Below, piece by piece: positions 19,501-25,270 of a stretch of 64,000 nucleotides of DNA. The stretch spans positions 7,650 to 71,649 of the forward strand of contig JAZKJG010000001.1 in assembly GCA_040384445.1 (NCBI GenBank), given 5' to 3'. The first letter of the stretch is position 1. Each line of letters starts with the position of its first letter. The position numbers were made by a program, and so were the translations under genes. This DNA comes from Patescibacteria group bacterium (GTDB lineage Bacteria; Patescibacteriota; Minisyncoccia; Phycocordibacterales; CAIZLB01). The notes under the pieces were generated by a model. That model saw nothing but the letters and a program-made list of their open reading frames with translations. It had not been told where the DNA came from and did no database searches.

Positions 19501-21308
19501 TTATTGGGCAAGATGCTGGTTATAACGATACTGTAGATAACTCTTCGAACTATAAATCTTCGATCTTGATTGGAGATTATACATCAACTGGAGGTTTCTC
19601 AAACTCAATTGCTATTGGTCAAGGTACAAAAAACAGTGCGACTGAACAATTAAACTTAGGAGGATTGATTTATGGTTTGGGAATACGGGCAACAACAACA
19701 CCAACAGCGACACCTGTAGTTGGTGGTAAAGTTGGAATTGGAACTTCAACCCCGTCAACAACACTGGATGTATGGGGTAACTTCCAAGTTGGAACTTCTT
19801 CAACACCACTTATATTCGCAAACACTGCAACCGGACGACTTGGAGTTGGAACAAGTGCTCCAGGAGCGTTGCTTGATGTTGGAGGCATAGGAGCATCACC
19901 AACAGGATTCCCTGATATGGTTGCTGGATTTAGAGGAACTGCAAATAACTACATGACTGTTGAGATGCAGAACATAAGTGTTGGAGGAAGTGCAGCAACT
20001 GTATTGTTCCTAAGTGGAATTGGAGGAAGTAATGCAATATCTTTAGGTCAGTATGGTGCAGGAAATTCTGGCTTTACAGGAGGTATTAACAACTATGATG
20101 TATCATTCTTGACTGCTGTAGGTAGTCTTGCTCTGGGTTCAGGGGCTTCAAAAAACATACTGTTCAATATTGGAACAACAGAAGCGGCGCGATTTAACAC
20201 AAGTGGATTCTTAGGTTTAGGAACATCAACTCCATCAACAAGACTTGATGTATGGGGTAATTTCCAAGTTGGAACATCTTCAAATCCAATCATTTTCGCA
20301 AACAGTGGAACTGGACGACTTGGAGTTGGATCATCAACACCGATTGCAATGCTCGCAGTTAAAGGTACTGCAGGTGTAAACCCATTTGTTGTTGCTTCAT
20401 CAACTAACACTCAGATGTTTACGATTACACAAGCTGGAAGTGTGGGAATCGGAAGTTCAACACCAATCGCAACATTCTCACTTACAGGAGTTGGAGGAAC
20501 AAACCCAATCATGATTGCATCATCAACAAATGCCAATATGTTAAGTCTTACACAAACAGGTAGACTTGGGGTTGGTACTTCGAGTCCAGTGCAAAGTTTG
20601 GCTGTTGTAGGAACAATACATTCAACAGTCTTGAACGGAGGTGCAACAACTCTTTCAGTTGATGCAAACGGAAACATTATCAGAACTCCGTCTGATGCAA
20701 CTTTAAAAACACAAGTTGAAACATTAACAAATGCACTTGATAAAGTAAAACAACTTCGAGGTGTGAGTTACCGATGGATTGATACAGAAAGATTTGGTTC
20801 TGATCAAGATATAGGTTTGATTGCACAAGAAGTCGAAACTGTTGTTCCTGAAGTTGTAAAATCAGGAGGAGCATATAAGTCAGTTAACTATCCAAACCTT
20901 GTTGCACTATTAATAGAGGCAATGAAAGAGTTGAATACAAAAGTTGAAAAAATTGCAGCATGGTTTGGAGGAGATCGATTCGATGTACAAGGAGATATTT
21001 GTGTAGACGATGTATGTGTGACGAAAGAGCAATTCAAAGCAATGTTGATCCAAGCACAAAATGGAGGTTCAGGATCATCATACACACCACCAACTCCGGA
21101 TCCTACTCCAACACCTGATCCAACACCAGAACCTACAGATGGAGGAAGTGGTAGTGATGGAGAAGGGACTCCACCGTCTACTGAAGAAACTCCTGCACCA
21201 ACACCAACTCCGACACCTGAGTCAACTCCAGAGCCAACGCCTGAACCTGTTCCAGAACCATCACCAACACCGGCGCCTGAGCCTGCACCTACAGTGGCAG
21301 CAGAATAG
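7575..21308 (+). CDS. Giant secreted repeat protein (4577 aa). Signal peptide. Phage-tail-fibre-like modules. C-terminal intramolecular-chaperone/peptidase S74-like domain. Pro/Thr-rich tail.
   Basis: Single uninterrupted 13.7-kb ORF. N-terminal signal peptide (KLSPIAFLLIIGMFFGVYGNLFAAPA). Repeated VGIGTSTP...KL.V.G motifs. ~48-aa TASTTEW repeats. ~70 copies of a 17-aa SNF(F/I)G..AG..ATNA repeat. C-terminal SDATLKTQV...LRGVSYRW...GLIAQEVETVVPEVV...VNYPNLVALLIEAMKEL block. Confidence 0.9.
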   Translation: MKFPFLTKKLSPIAFLLIIGMFFGVYGNLFAAPATGSLGFQGQLFNNGTAVTGSVNATFTFYDAAIGGSAQGSTILKTVTVANGYFGTQFTESDTTGIDFNQELFIEVVVNGTALTPRSSVNSVPVARKAFGTFAYSSAPAVGEAGSLYFNTTSDTLLVSDGTSWVPAGTASSTTQWTTNGSDLYFTTGNVGIGTSTPADKLSVVGTVRATSFVGDGSQLTGIPVLSTSSVRSMFSSTATGLTYTAGTGVFSLAAGYVIPLTASTTEWAAAAASTTAMTPAYFRGLVSNSVAGLTYNPTTGATTLTAGYNIPLTASTTEWASAAASTSPSAIRGLFSNGATGLTYNSSTGATSLAAGYVIPLSASTTEWAAASASTTAMTPSYFRGLLSATGPISYNSSTGAFTFSTSSLGLTTTNIAEGSNQYFTDARARSALSESVTGLEYATSTGIFSLTSGYVIPTTASTSEWASAAASTTAMTPSYFRGLLSNSAAGLAYNSSTGATTLTAGYNIPLTASTTEWSQAYASTAPSVIRGLFSNSTTGLTYNSSTGATSLTAGYVISLTASTTEWATAYASTTAQTPAYFRGLLSNSVAGLTYNSSTGATTLTAGYNIPLSASSSEWALAYASTSAMTPVYTRGLFSNSTTGLTYNSGTGATSLTAGYVIPLVASTTEWAASSASTSPSAIRGLFSNGATGLTYNSSTGATSFTAGYSIPLTASSTEWSSFFNTPSTRITAGSNLSWAGNTLNAALSFSTSSINYLRNVSGGLETATSTDFLRAAYFTATGTTASTFTNASSTNLTITGSLYNSSLSNGCLEVSGGLVTSTGSNCGVGSGGITSLNGQTNSSQSFATSSTAGTFGFGFSSAGGIHTLNISLASSTNTGLLSASDWTTFNNKQGVLSFGNLTSSATGLSVTGGTGAVVGAGAAVTLAAGYSIPLSASTTEWSVAYASTTALTPAYFRALLSNSATGLTYNSGTGATSLTAGYVIPLVASTTEWAAVAASTTPSAIRGLFSNSATGLTYNSSTGATSFTAGYSIPLTASSTEWSSFFNTPSTRITAGSNLSWAGNTLNANISTSSINYLRLVSGGLEISTSTDFIRAAYFTATSTTVSTFAGAVAIGTTTSLAKFDVNAGSALHANAFNIYGVSTLGIGSVFGRISNTNTTGRTLFSLGETSGDTSTPFYIQRYGSTHATTPNLVEIGIATATGDMAFLTNSVERLRVTSSGNVGIGSSTPSATLGVAGSLNVTGAFRANGDAGTSGQIFQSTGSGASWISTSTLNILGTTTIRTLFSSTATGLTYTSGTGVFSLTAGYVIPLTASSSEWALAYASTSAMTPTYTRGLFSNSTTGLTYNSGTGATSLTAGYVIPLVASTTEWAASSASTSPSVIRSLFSNSAAGLTYSSTTGATTLTAGYSIPLTASSTEWSSFFNTPSTRITAGNNLSWTGNTLNASFSTSSVNYVRIVSGGLETATSTDFLRAAYFTATSTTGTSTFAGLVGIGTTTPSATLGVNGSINVTGAFRANGDAGTSGQIFQSTGSGASWISTSTLNILGTTTIRTLFSSTATGLTYTSGTGVFSLTAGYVIPLTASTTEWATAYASTTALTPAYFRGLLSNSATGLTYNSTTGATSFTAGYSIPLTASSTEWSSFFNTPSTRITAGSNLTWSGNTLNANISTSSINYLRLVSGGLETSTSTDFLRAAFFTATSTTATSTFAGYVGVGTSSPLAKLHVFGGTASPQVVVDSGSQNLDLYAAATTSNIDFSSILLFRSKTFANRGTNTGAVEYGRFDASGNFQVGTSTALGRVNIQGVNSSPTNAALSVYNSTGTNLLNVMNGGNVGIGSSTPSATLGVAGSLNVTGAFRANGDAGTSGQIFQSTGSGASWISTSTLNILGTTTIRTLFSSTATGLTYTSGTGVFSLTAGYVIPLVASSSEWSLAYASTSAMTPTYTRGLFSNSTTGLTYNSGTGATSLTAGYVIPLIASTTQWATAYASTTALTPAYFRGLLSNSATGLTYNSTTGATSFTAGYSIPLTASSTEWSSFFNTPSTRITAGSNLTWSGNTLNANISTSSINYLRLVSGGLETATSTNFLRAAYFTATSTTGTSTFAGAVAIGTTTSPYKLAVIGDSYFSGNINAFSYGADAYHILGSNQHNTVTIKKGTGYGSGIHFEDGSSNLWDISTDSSNNFSIFNYSPSATAFAINKSNNYVGIGTSTPIFALDVVGAAGTVIRANSSGSTYIDANTGSASSNGGFSFSALGSNKWLLYRDGDDDSVNFFSNTLAQSVLTMNAAGNVGIGTTTPTEKLSIAGALNLTGAFKSNGNAGTLGQVLQTTGTGVQWVATSSLGISGGSLSGGTDGYLARWTSASTLSSGLFLDNGTVAGINATSSSYTFNVKGNSGVNPFNVASSTGTSMFAIANNGRVTVYGDIETDDDISNTFLGVGAGKGSVLDGGSNTAVGSDALYTNTGSFGGYGYDNTALGAYSLYSLNAVSGGSGYANVAVGVKALWLNVLGSENVALGTKALEDMTDGYGNIAIGNNAGNNQTLGSYNIVIGNVVSLASTTGSNQLNIGNLLFGTDLGTGGGISTGNIGIGTNAPAYRLDVNGTGRFVRSSVDGALVLDNSTSDANSILFQTAASNKWSTYLSGNDLRFYDYSGNADRLTLKSGGNVGIGTTTPTERLSIAGALNLTGAFKANGDAGSVGYVMISQGTSTAPIWVATSSLGLSGGAGVGTINSGTAGQVAFYAGSGTTVSGTSTLFFSAGNIGIGTTTPGYRLTVDGDVWLGTTTLANGNLVIGKDGSVTSRGQAGSVFLGLDAGNGATSSNSSNFFGISAGQNAAYASYSNFFGEEAGYGATYATNSNFFGDSAGYDATNAESANFFGNEAGVNATNALFSNFFGAAAGYGATDAANSNFFGRQAGSYATDAYNANFFGDFAGSGATYATNSNFFGDSAGYDATYAYNSNFFGEQAGYDAENAYDSNFLGSSAGAYADNASSSNFIGNDAGAYSINAAFSNFLGQSAGYDADNAFNSNFIGRVTGYQATNARDSNFMGYGAGQSSTNAAFSNFFGNNAGGNAPNASYSNFLGVSAGGNATNAANSNFIGYSAGASATNAPFSNFIGYNAGNSATNASTSNFIGYNAGNAATNAAFSNFIGNNAGYGATNANFSNMQGYNAGYAATGAVASNFFGLSAGSYATGAHNANFIGNSAGGSATYAAYGNFIGANAGVNATNGEFSTFIGYNAGNAATNASSSVFIGYAAGQSATNARQSNFIGNGSGYLATNATLSNFFGINAGNSATNASSSNFIGYGTGASATNAAFSNFSGQDAGASATNASYSNFFGSQAGQLATNAVNANFFGRQTGFLATDAYDSNFIGYGAGYLATYASSSNFLGRSAGSGATNAAFSNFIGNSAGNSATDAIYSNFFGVNAGIFATGASNSNFMGYSAGHTATNAYLSNFLGRAAGSGATYAAYSNFLGYNAGLNATNAEYSNFIGNSAGETATNASTSNFIGNNAGKQATNALLSNFIGNSAGYLATNAALSNFIGNGAGNSAPNAAISNFIGYNAGNDADNASSSNFIGFQAGMQATNASSSNIIGTYAGYQSTNAAYSNFIGYGAGQYATNARNSNFIGLGAGGGGVGSYDSNFFGVNAGSNTNSYRSNFIGYNAGTDSLNATSSNFFGEYAGYDSDNAAKSNFIGHFAGYNATNATRSNFIGELAGFQATNAIDSSFIGRQAGEYATNASSSVFIGRTAGASAVNAAFSTFIGNAAGDSATGADNAIFIGNAPGYAATNTSDVIFLGRATGQYAYNASNSFFAGYAAGYGATNASMMNVIGWNAGNGATDATFSNFMGYSAGYGATNVSFSNFFGATAGYGATYASQSNFFGQYAGQNAVNAGASNFFGGGAGDGATDAASSNFFGFNAGALATDASFSNFLGQYAGKDATYASLSNFIGFSAGEDATNATQSIFIGSNAGKNAAFANSSIFIGQDAGYNDTVDNSSNYKSSILIGDYTSTGGFSNSIAIGQGTKNSATEQLNLGGLIYGLGIRATTTPTATPVVGGKVGIGTSTPSTTLDVWGNFQVGTSSTPLIFANTATGRLGVGTSAPGALLDVGGIGASPTGFPDMVAGFRGTANNYMTVEMQNISVGGSAATVLFLSGIGGSNAISLGQYGAGNSGFTGGINNYDVSFLTAVGSLALGSGASKNILFNIGTTEAARFNTSGFLGLGTSTPSTRLDVWGNFQVGTSSNPIIFANSGTGRLGVGSSTPIAMLAVKGTAGVNPFVVASSTNTQMFTITQAGSVGIGSSTPIATFSLTGVGGTNPIMIASSTNANMLSLTQTGRLGVGTSSPVQSLAVVGTIHSTVLNGGATTLSVDANGNIIRTPSDATLKTQVETLTNALDKVKQLRGVSYRWIDTERFGSDQDIGLIAQEVETVVPEVVKSGGAYKSVNYPNLVALLIEAMKELNTKVEKIAAWFGGDRFDVQGDICVDDVCVTKEQFKAMLIQAQNGGSGSSYTPPTPDPTPTPDPTPEPTDGGSGSDGEGTPPSTEETPAPTPTPTPESTPEPTPEPVPEPSPTPAPEPAPTVAAE
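8340..9760 (+). repeat. Intragenic tandem ~48-aa (~144-bp) repeats: IPLTASTTEW.A.AST......RGL.SN...GLTYNS.TGAT.LTAGY
   Basis: Direct reading of translation. Approximately 10 consecutive units. Additional dispersed copies at ~10380-10720, 11500-11860, 12300-12500, 13320-13700. Confidence 0.85.
11237..11700 (+). repeat. Long near-identical intragenic direct repeat, copy A (>95% nt identity to 13070-13510; partial copy at 12107-12310)
   Basis: By eye, the stretch ggaaatgttggaattggttcttcaactccatcagc...ggatatgt and the following ~200 nt recur almost base-for-base. Confidence 0.8.
13070..13510 (+). repeat. Long near-identical intragenic direct repeat, copy B
   Basis: See copy A. Only a handful of substitutions over >400 nt. 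Confidence 0.8.
16030..19520 (+). repeat. Array of ~70 degenerate 17-aa (51-bp) repeats SNF(F/I)G..AG..ATNA.. (coding, inside the giant gene)
   Basis: Strict 17-residue periodicity in translation with invariant N-F-x-G ... A-G ... A-T/x-N/x-A positions. Spurious ORFs in all other frames show the same periodicity. Confidence 0.9.
20688..20965 (+). other. Intramolecular chaperone / peptidase S74-like autoprocessing domain (protein domain inside giant gene 1)
   Basis: The motifs TPSDATLKTQVE, LRGVSYRWID, IGLIAQEVETVVPEVV and VNYPNLVALLIEAMKEL match hallmark blocks of the C-terminal chaperone domain of phage endosialidase/tail-spike proteins (SD.RLK.N cleavage motif; here SDATLK). Confidence 0.7.
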
Positions 21309-21318
21309 TATAAATTAC

Positions 21319-21348
21319 TTGCTATATCATTGAACTAATTGATATAAT
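21319..21348 (+). promoter_or_regulatory. Candidate sigma70-like promoter (ttgcta-18-tataat) for the WxL-like cassette
   Basis: ttgcta at 21319-21324, 18-nt spacer, tataat at 21343-21348, ~30 nt upstream of the 21379 start. Confidence 0.35.
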
Positions 21349-21378
21349 ATAAAAACAAACAAATAATAAAAAACATTC

Positions 21379-22029
21379 ATGACACCCTTACTTAAAAAAA
21401 GCATTACTTCATTTGTTTCAATTACACTATGTACTTTGAGTATATTTATAATCGCAGAACCTGCGATTATAAGTGCGGTTACAGATGATGTAGTTGTCAA
21501 CTTGACTGTTGATTCTGGGATCGCGATTACATCTCCTACCGATGTAACACTTGGATCATCTAACATGGGTGTGTCAGTAAACAGTGCTATTGGAACAGCT
21601 GTGTGGAACGTTAAAACAAACGATCCGGATGGATATTTGTTAACTATTAAAAATGCCTCAACTTCTCCAGCACTAAAGGGAGCTGGTGGAATTGGAAATT
21701 TTGCTGATTACACAGAAGCAGTTGCGAACACTCCTGAACTCTGGGCAGTGGATGCATCAACATATCAGTTTGGTTACTCAGTGAGGGGAACAGATGTGAA
21801 CACTGGTACATATGGATCAGGTGCAGATTGCGGAACAGGTAACACACCAAGTGGAACACTTAAGTATCGACATGCTTCAACAACTGCCATCACAGCAGCT
21901 ACGCGCTCGTCTACAACCACTACGGCTGGAATTGATACAACTGCTTGTTTCGCCGCAGGGCAGAACGGTGTGTATGCAGCCGCAGGTTCATATAGTGCTA
22001 CAATTACAGCAACAGCTACAACACTCTAG
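21379..22029 (+). CDS. Secreted WxL-domain-like surface protein (216 aa)
   Basis: Signal peptide. N-terminal NLTVDSG...VTLG segment (like the LSLDSVP..FDFG block of WxL proteins). WNVKTNDPDGYLLTIK (like V.DNRG..GW.L.V). C-terminal GSYSATITATATTL (like the ..Y.G.ITW.L.. tail). Paralogue of 23075-23824. Confidence 0.6.
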   Translation: MTPLLKKSITSFVSITLCTLSIFIIAEPAIISAVTDDVVVNLTVDSGIAITSPTDVTLGSSNMGVSVNSAIGTAVWNVKTNDPDGYLLTIKNASTSPALKGAGGIGNFADYTEAVANTPELWAVDASTYQFGYSVRGTDVNTGTYGSGADCGTGNTPSGTLKYRHASTTAITAATRSSTTTTAGIDTTACFAAGQNGVYAAAGSYSATITATATTL

Positions 22030-22077
22030 GAAGTGTGCAAGTAAACTGTATATTTCTAAATTTAATCCCAAGATAAT

Positions 22078-23046
22078 ATGAGTCACGTAACGCACATGCT
22101 AAAAAAAAATATTATCAGAGGATTGCTCCTGTGTATAATCATTTTCTCGTCCCAGGCACATGCTGAGGTTGTGAGAACACAACTCAATGTAGATGATACA
22201 AATGACTTTGTTGTTGAACCTGGAAAAACTGAAATATACTTAAATCCTGGGGAATCAATTAAGAAAAGTGTTTCAATAACAAATAGACAAAATAAAAAAG
22301 TTTCGTACTCGATTAAGATCGAAGATTTTGTTGGAACAGAAGACCCAAATAATCCAATTAAACTATTAGGAGAGGAGGCTGGACCGTATTCTCTTAAAAA
22401 TCTTGTAGTTCCTGAATTGGCAGAGTTTACTTTAAATTTTGGGGAACGAATTGTTATACCAATAGAAGTAAATATACCCGTAACAGCAGAACCTCGTGGA
22501 TATTACGGGGCAATAGTTGTATCTAATCAACCAGAAATCGACGATCAAGTTTCAGGGAACTCTGGAGCAGAGGGAAAAACTAGACTCATTTCTAGAATTG
22601 GTTCGCTTTTGCTTGTGAGAGTGAATGGGTTAGGGGAGGAATCAGGAAAGCTTGAAGATTTAAAACTGTTAGGACCTTCAAAATTATTTTATGAAAAAAA
22701 ACCAGCAGGGTTTGAAATATTGTTTAGAAATGATGGAAATGTGCACCTTGTCCCAAGTGGAAAAATTTCTATCACGAATATTATAGGAAAAAAAGTTGCA
22801 GAGCTTCCTGTTGATGCATATTTTGCACTTCCGGATTCTTTGCGATACAGAGAAATCCAGTGGCAAGAAGGATTTGGATTTGGAAGATATAAAGCTAATC
22901 TTTCATTGTATAGGGGGTATGGAAATCAATTCGATGAAGATTCGGTTGTGTTCTGGGTTTTGCCTTGGAAATTATTACTTGCAATATTTGTTATAATTTG
23001 TTTTATATATTATATTTCAAGGAAATTTGAATTTAAAAGAAAGTAA
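22078..23046 (+). CDS. DUF916/DUF3324-like (CscA-like) cell-surface protein, signal peptide + C-terminal TM anchor with basic tail (322 aa)
   Basis: Signal peptide LLLCIIIFSSQAHA. Beta-rich body. C-terminal WVLPWKLLLAIFVIICFIYYISRKFEFKRK anchor. Position between two WxL-like genes matches the csc-type cluster layout. Confidence 0.5.
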   Translation: MSHVTHMLKKNIIRGLLLCIIIFSSQAHAEVVRTQLNVDDTNDFVVEPGKTEIYLNPGESIKKSVSITNRQNKKVSYSIKIEDFVGTEDPNNPIKLLGEEAGPYSLKNLVVPELAEFTLNFGERIVIPIEVNIPVTAEPRGYYGAIVVSNQPEIDDQVSGNSGAEGKTRLISRIGSLLLVRVNGLGEESGKLEDLKLLGPSKLFYEKKPAGFEILFRNDGNVHLVPSGKISITNIIGKKVAELPVDAYFALPDSLRYREIQWQEGFGFGRYKANLSLYRGYGNQFDEDSVVFWVLPWKLLLAIFVIICFIYYISRKFEFKRK

Positions 23047-23074
23047 TTTTGAATTTGTAACATATTAATAATCC

Positions 23075-23824
23075 ATGACACATCGTCATTTTCACAGTTT
23101 CATAATGATACTTCTGACTTTTGTTCCTATCTATGCAATAGGACAAGTGATGCAGAGTACTGTGTACAAGATTGAATCTGACAGTATTAATTTTGGAGGA
23201 GGAAATTCATCAAGTACAAGCTATAGTCTAGAAGATACCTTGGGTGAAATTGCTTCAGGGTATAGTTCGAGTTCTTCTTATGTGATGAATGCAGGCTATC
23301 AACACATGAATGAGTCCACATACATAACTCTAAGTGCTTTGAGCGATTTAAATCTTGGAACAATTGGAGGGTTCGTAGGAGGTGTTGCAACAGGAACTCA
23401 TTCGTGGGTGGTTACTACAAATAACCCTGAAGGATACACACTCACCGCCAAAGCATCAACAGCGCCAGCTCTCACATCTGGTGCGGCATCTTTTGGTGAC
23501 TACGTTCCCGCTGGACCTGACCCTGATCTAAACTTTACAGTTTCTGCAACGAGTTCAAAGTTCGGATTTTCACCTGAAGGTGTGGATGTTGTGCAAAGAT
23601 TTAAGGATAATGGATCGTCATGTAATGCAGGAACATCAAACACAACCGATGCATGTTGGGATGGATTTTCAACTACAACAAAATCTGTATCATTAAGAAA
23701 TTCAAGTAATTTACCATCAGGTTCAACAACGACTATAAAATACCGTGCAGAAATCGGAGCCTCATATTTTCAGGATGCAGGTGATTATTCTGCAATTATA
23801 ACAATTACCGCGCTTGCACTATAA
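23075..23824 (+). CDS. Secreted WxL-domain-like surface protein, second paralogue (249 aa)
   Basis: Signal peptide. ITLSALSDLNLGTIGG. WVVTTNNPEGYTLTAK. C-terminal GDYSAIITITALAL. Alignable with 21379-22029 over the full length. Confidence 0.6.
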   Translation: MTHRHFHSFIMILLTFVPIYAIGQVMQSTVYKIESDSINFGGGNSSSTSYSLEDTLGEIASGYSSSSSYVMNAGYQHMNESTYITLSALSDLNLGTIGGFVGGVATGTHSWVVTTNNPEGYTLTAKASTAPALTSGAASFGDYVPAGPDPDLNFTVSATSSKFGFSPEGVDVVQRFKDNGSSCNAGTSNTTDACWDGFSTTTKSVSLRNSSNLPSGSTTTIKYRAEIGASYFQDAGDYSAIITITALAL

Positions 23825-25182
23825 TGAAAAAAAATGTATTCACGCATGTAAAAATCTTAACTTTAACTAGTATGTGTGTTATGGGTTTAGGTTTGCATGC
23901 GGATATAGATGTTAATTTAATGGTCGAAGGTTGCAATAATGATACTGTGTGTGAAATTCAGTACGGTGAAAGTTTTAATTCATGTCCAAACGATTGTGCC
24001 TATGTTGCGCCAACATCAACTCCTCCAACGCCAGTCACTCCACTGCCATCTGCTGATTCTTCTGGAATACTATTTGGAACTAAGGGTGACACAACATTGC
24101 GATTTGAAAATGTTCATATTACGCACGGACTTGATTCTGCTGTTTTAACATGGAATACGACACGTCCCACTAAGTCATCAATCAGTTGGGGACTGACAGA
24201 TGATTACGCTGAAGGTGTGCTGTCGGAAATTGAATTCATCAAAACACATTCATCAAAAATTAATAATATTATTCCAGGAAAAATATATGTATTTAAAATT
24301 ACGGCAGTAGATGCAGACGGAGTTTATGTAACATATTCTGGAAACTTTTTACTTAAAAAAGAAACCCCTGTACTCTTGCCACTAAACGTTGCTGATTTTA
24401 GAATTTTTACTGCTCCAACAGGAATTGGACTCAGGTGGAATAATGTAAGTGATTTAGAATATGAATATGTACGAATTATTAGGTCCACAACAGGATATCC
24501 TCATAATCCATCAGATGGAAAAGTTGTATATGAGGGTAAGGGACAAAGCTTTGTAGATATAAATGTGCTTGAGGGGGTAAGATATTATTATGCTGCGTTT
24601 GTTCGAAATCAATCCTCACAATATTCTTCAGGAGTTTTAAGGACAGTAATAAAATATAAAAACGGAATCACTCCACTTGATTCTGATGTTGGTTTTCCAT
24701 TTGAAAATGATAATCAGATAGATACTGCAATTCCGTCAAATGTATTCCAACTCACACATCAAGATATAGATTTTATTCAAAATAATACAAAGATCTCTTT
24801 CATATCTTCAGTCGTCCCTGTAAATTCAAGTATTCCGCTAATTGTAAGTGTTCCTAAATTTAATAATTCAGTAGTGTTTTTGACAATGACCTCAAGTGAT
24901 CAGACATATTTATTTGCATACAATGTTAGCGATGATAGATTAGAGGTGCAAATTCCATCCTTGCACACAGATAATTCTATTGAATATTTTCTGTATATAT
25001 TAAATGATGGTACTTTCTATAAGCTTAATCAAGGAACATTCGACCTGTCTCCATCTGTCGATTATACCGACACGAGAAATGGCAAAAAAAGAGCTCAAAA
25101 CCTTAAAGATTTTCTTATAATTATACCTATTGCTGTTTTTTTGATTGCGATTAAATTGATTTATAGAATTTTTAAAAAATAA
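23824..25182 (+). CDS. Surface protein with Cys-rich N-terminal module, Pro/Thr linker, two FN3-like domains and C-terminal TM anchor (452 aa)
   Basis: Signal peptide. CNNDTVCEIQYGESFNSCPNDC. PTSTPPTPVTPLP linker. Two ~90-aa segments with FN3-like W..T and Y.Y.A patterns. Terminal FLIIIPIAVFLIAIKLIYRIFKK. Confidence 0.6.
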   Translation: MKKNVFTHVKILTLTSMCVMGLGLHADIDVNLMVEGCNNDTVCEIQYGESFNSCPNDCAYVAPTSTPPTPVTPLPSADSSGILFGTKGDTTLRFENVHITHGLDSAVLTWNTTRPTKSSISWGLTDDYAEGVLSEIEFIKTHSSKINNIIPGKIYVFKITAVDADGVYVTYSGNFLLKKETPVLLPLNVADFRIFTAPTGIGLRWNNVSDLEYEYVRIIRSTTGYPHNPSDGKVVYEGKGQSFVDINVLEGVRYYYAAFVRNQSSQYSSGVLRTVIKYKNGITPLDSDVGFPFENDNQIDTAIPSNVFQLTHQDIDFIQNNTKISFISSVVPVNSSIPLIVSVPKFNNSVVFLTMTSSDQTYLFAYNVSDDRLEVQIPSLHTDNSIEYFLYILNDGTFYKLNQGTFDLSPSVDYTDTRNGKKRAQNLKDFLIIIPIAVFLIAIKLIYRIFKK

Positions 25183-25191
25183 GCACATTTC

Positions 25192-25226
25192 ACGAAATAA
25201 TTGTTGATAATTGTTTCGTTTTTTCG
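25192..25226 (+). terminator. Intrinsic terminator (12-bp hairpin acgaaataattg/taattgtttcgt + tttttcg)
   Basis: Stem with two G-U pairs, 4-nt loop, followed by T-run. Sits between the cassette and giant gene 2. Confidence 0.5.
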
Positions 25227-25270
25227 TAATTAAAATCTACTGTCTATGATATAATATAACTATATTTCGT

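Noticed and set aside
16030-19520. Possible CRISPR-like or non-coding tandem repeat array (regular 51-bp period)
   Set aside because: The repeats are contiguous with no spacers. They are degenerate at the nt level while conserving amino-acid positions, and they sit inside a long ORF. They are coding protein repeats, not CRISPR.
7877-20874. Dozens of ORFs 60-260 aa on the minus strand and in alternative plus frames inside the giant gene (for example 11138-11857, 12983-13777, 15997-16602, 17585-18079)
   Set aside because: They lie wholly within the uninterrupted 13.7-kb reading frame and show the same 51-bp or module periodicity. They are frame artefacts of low-complexity repetitive coding sequence, such as the ...TQTS... 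or ...AFVA... pseudo-repeats.
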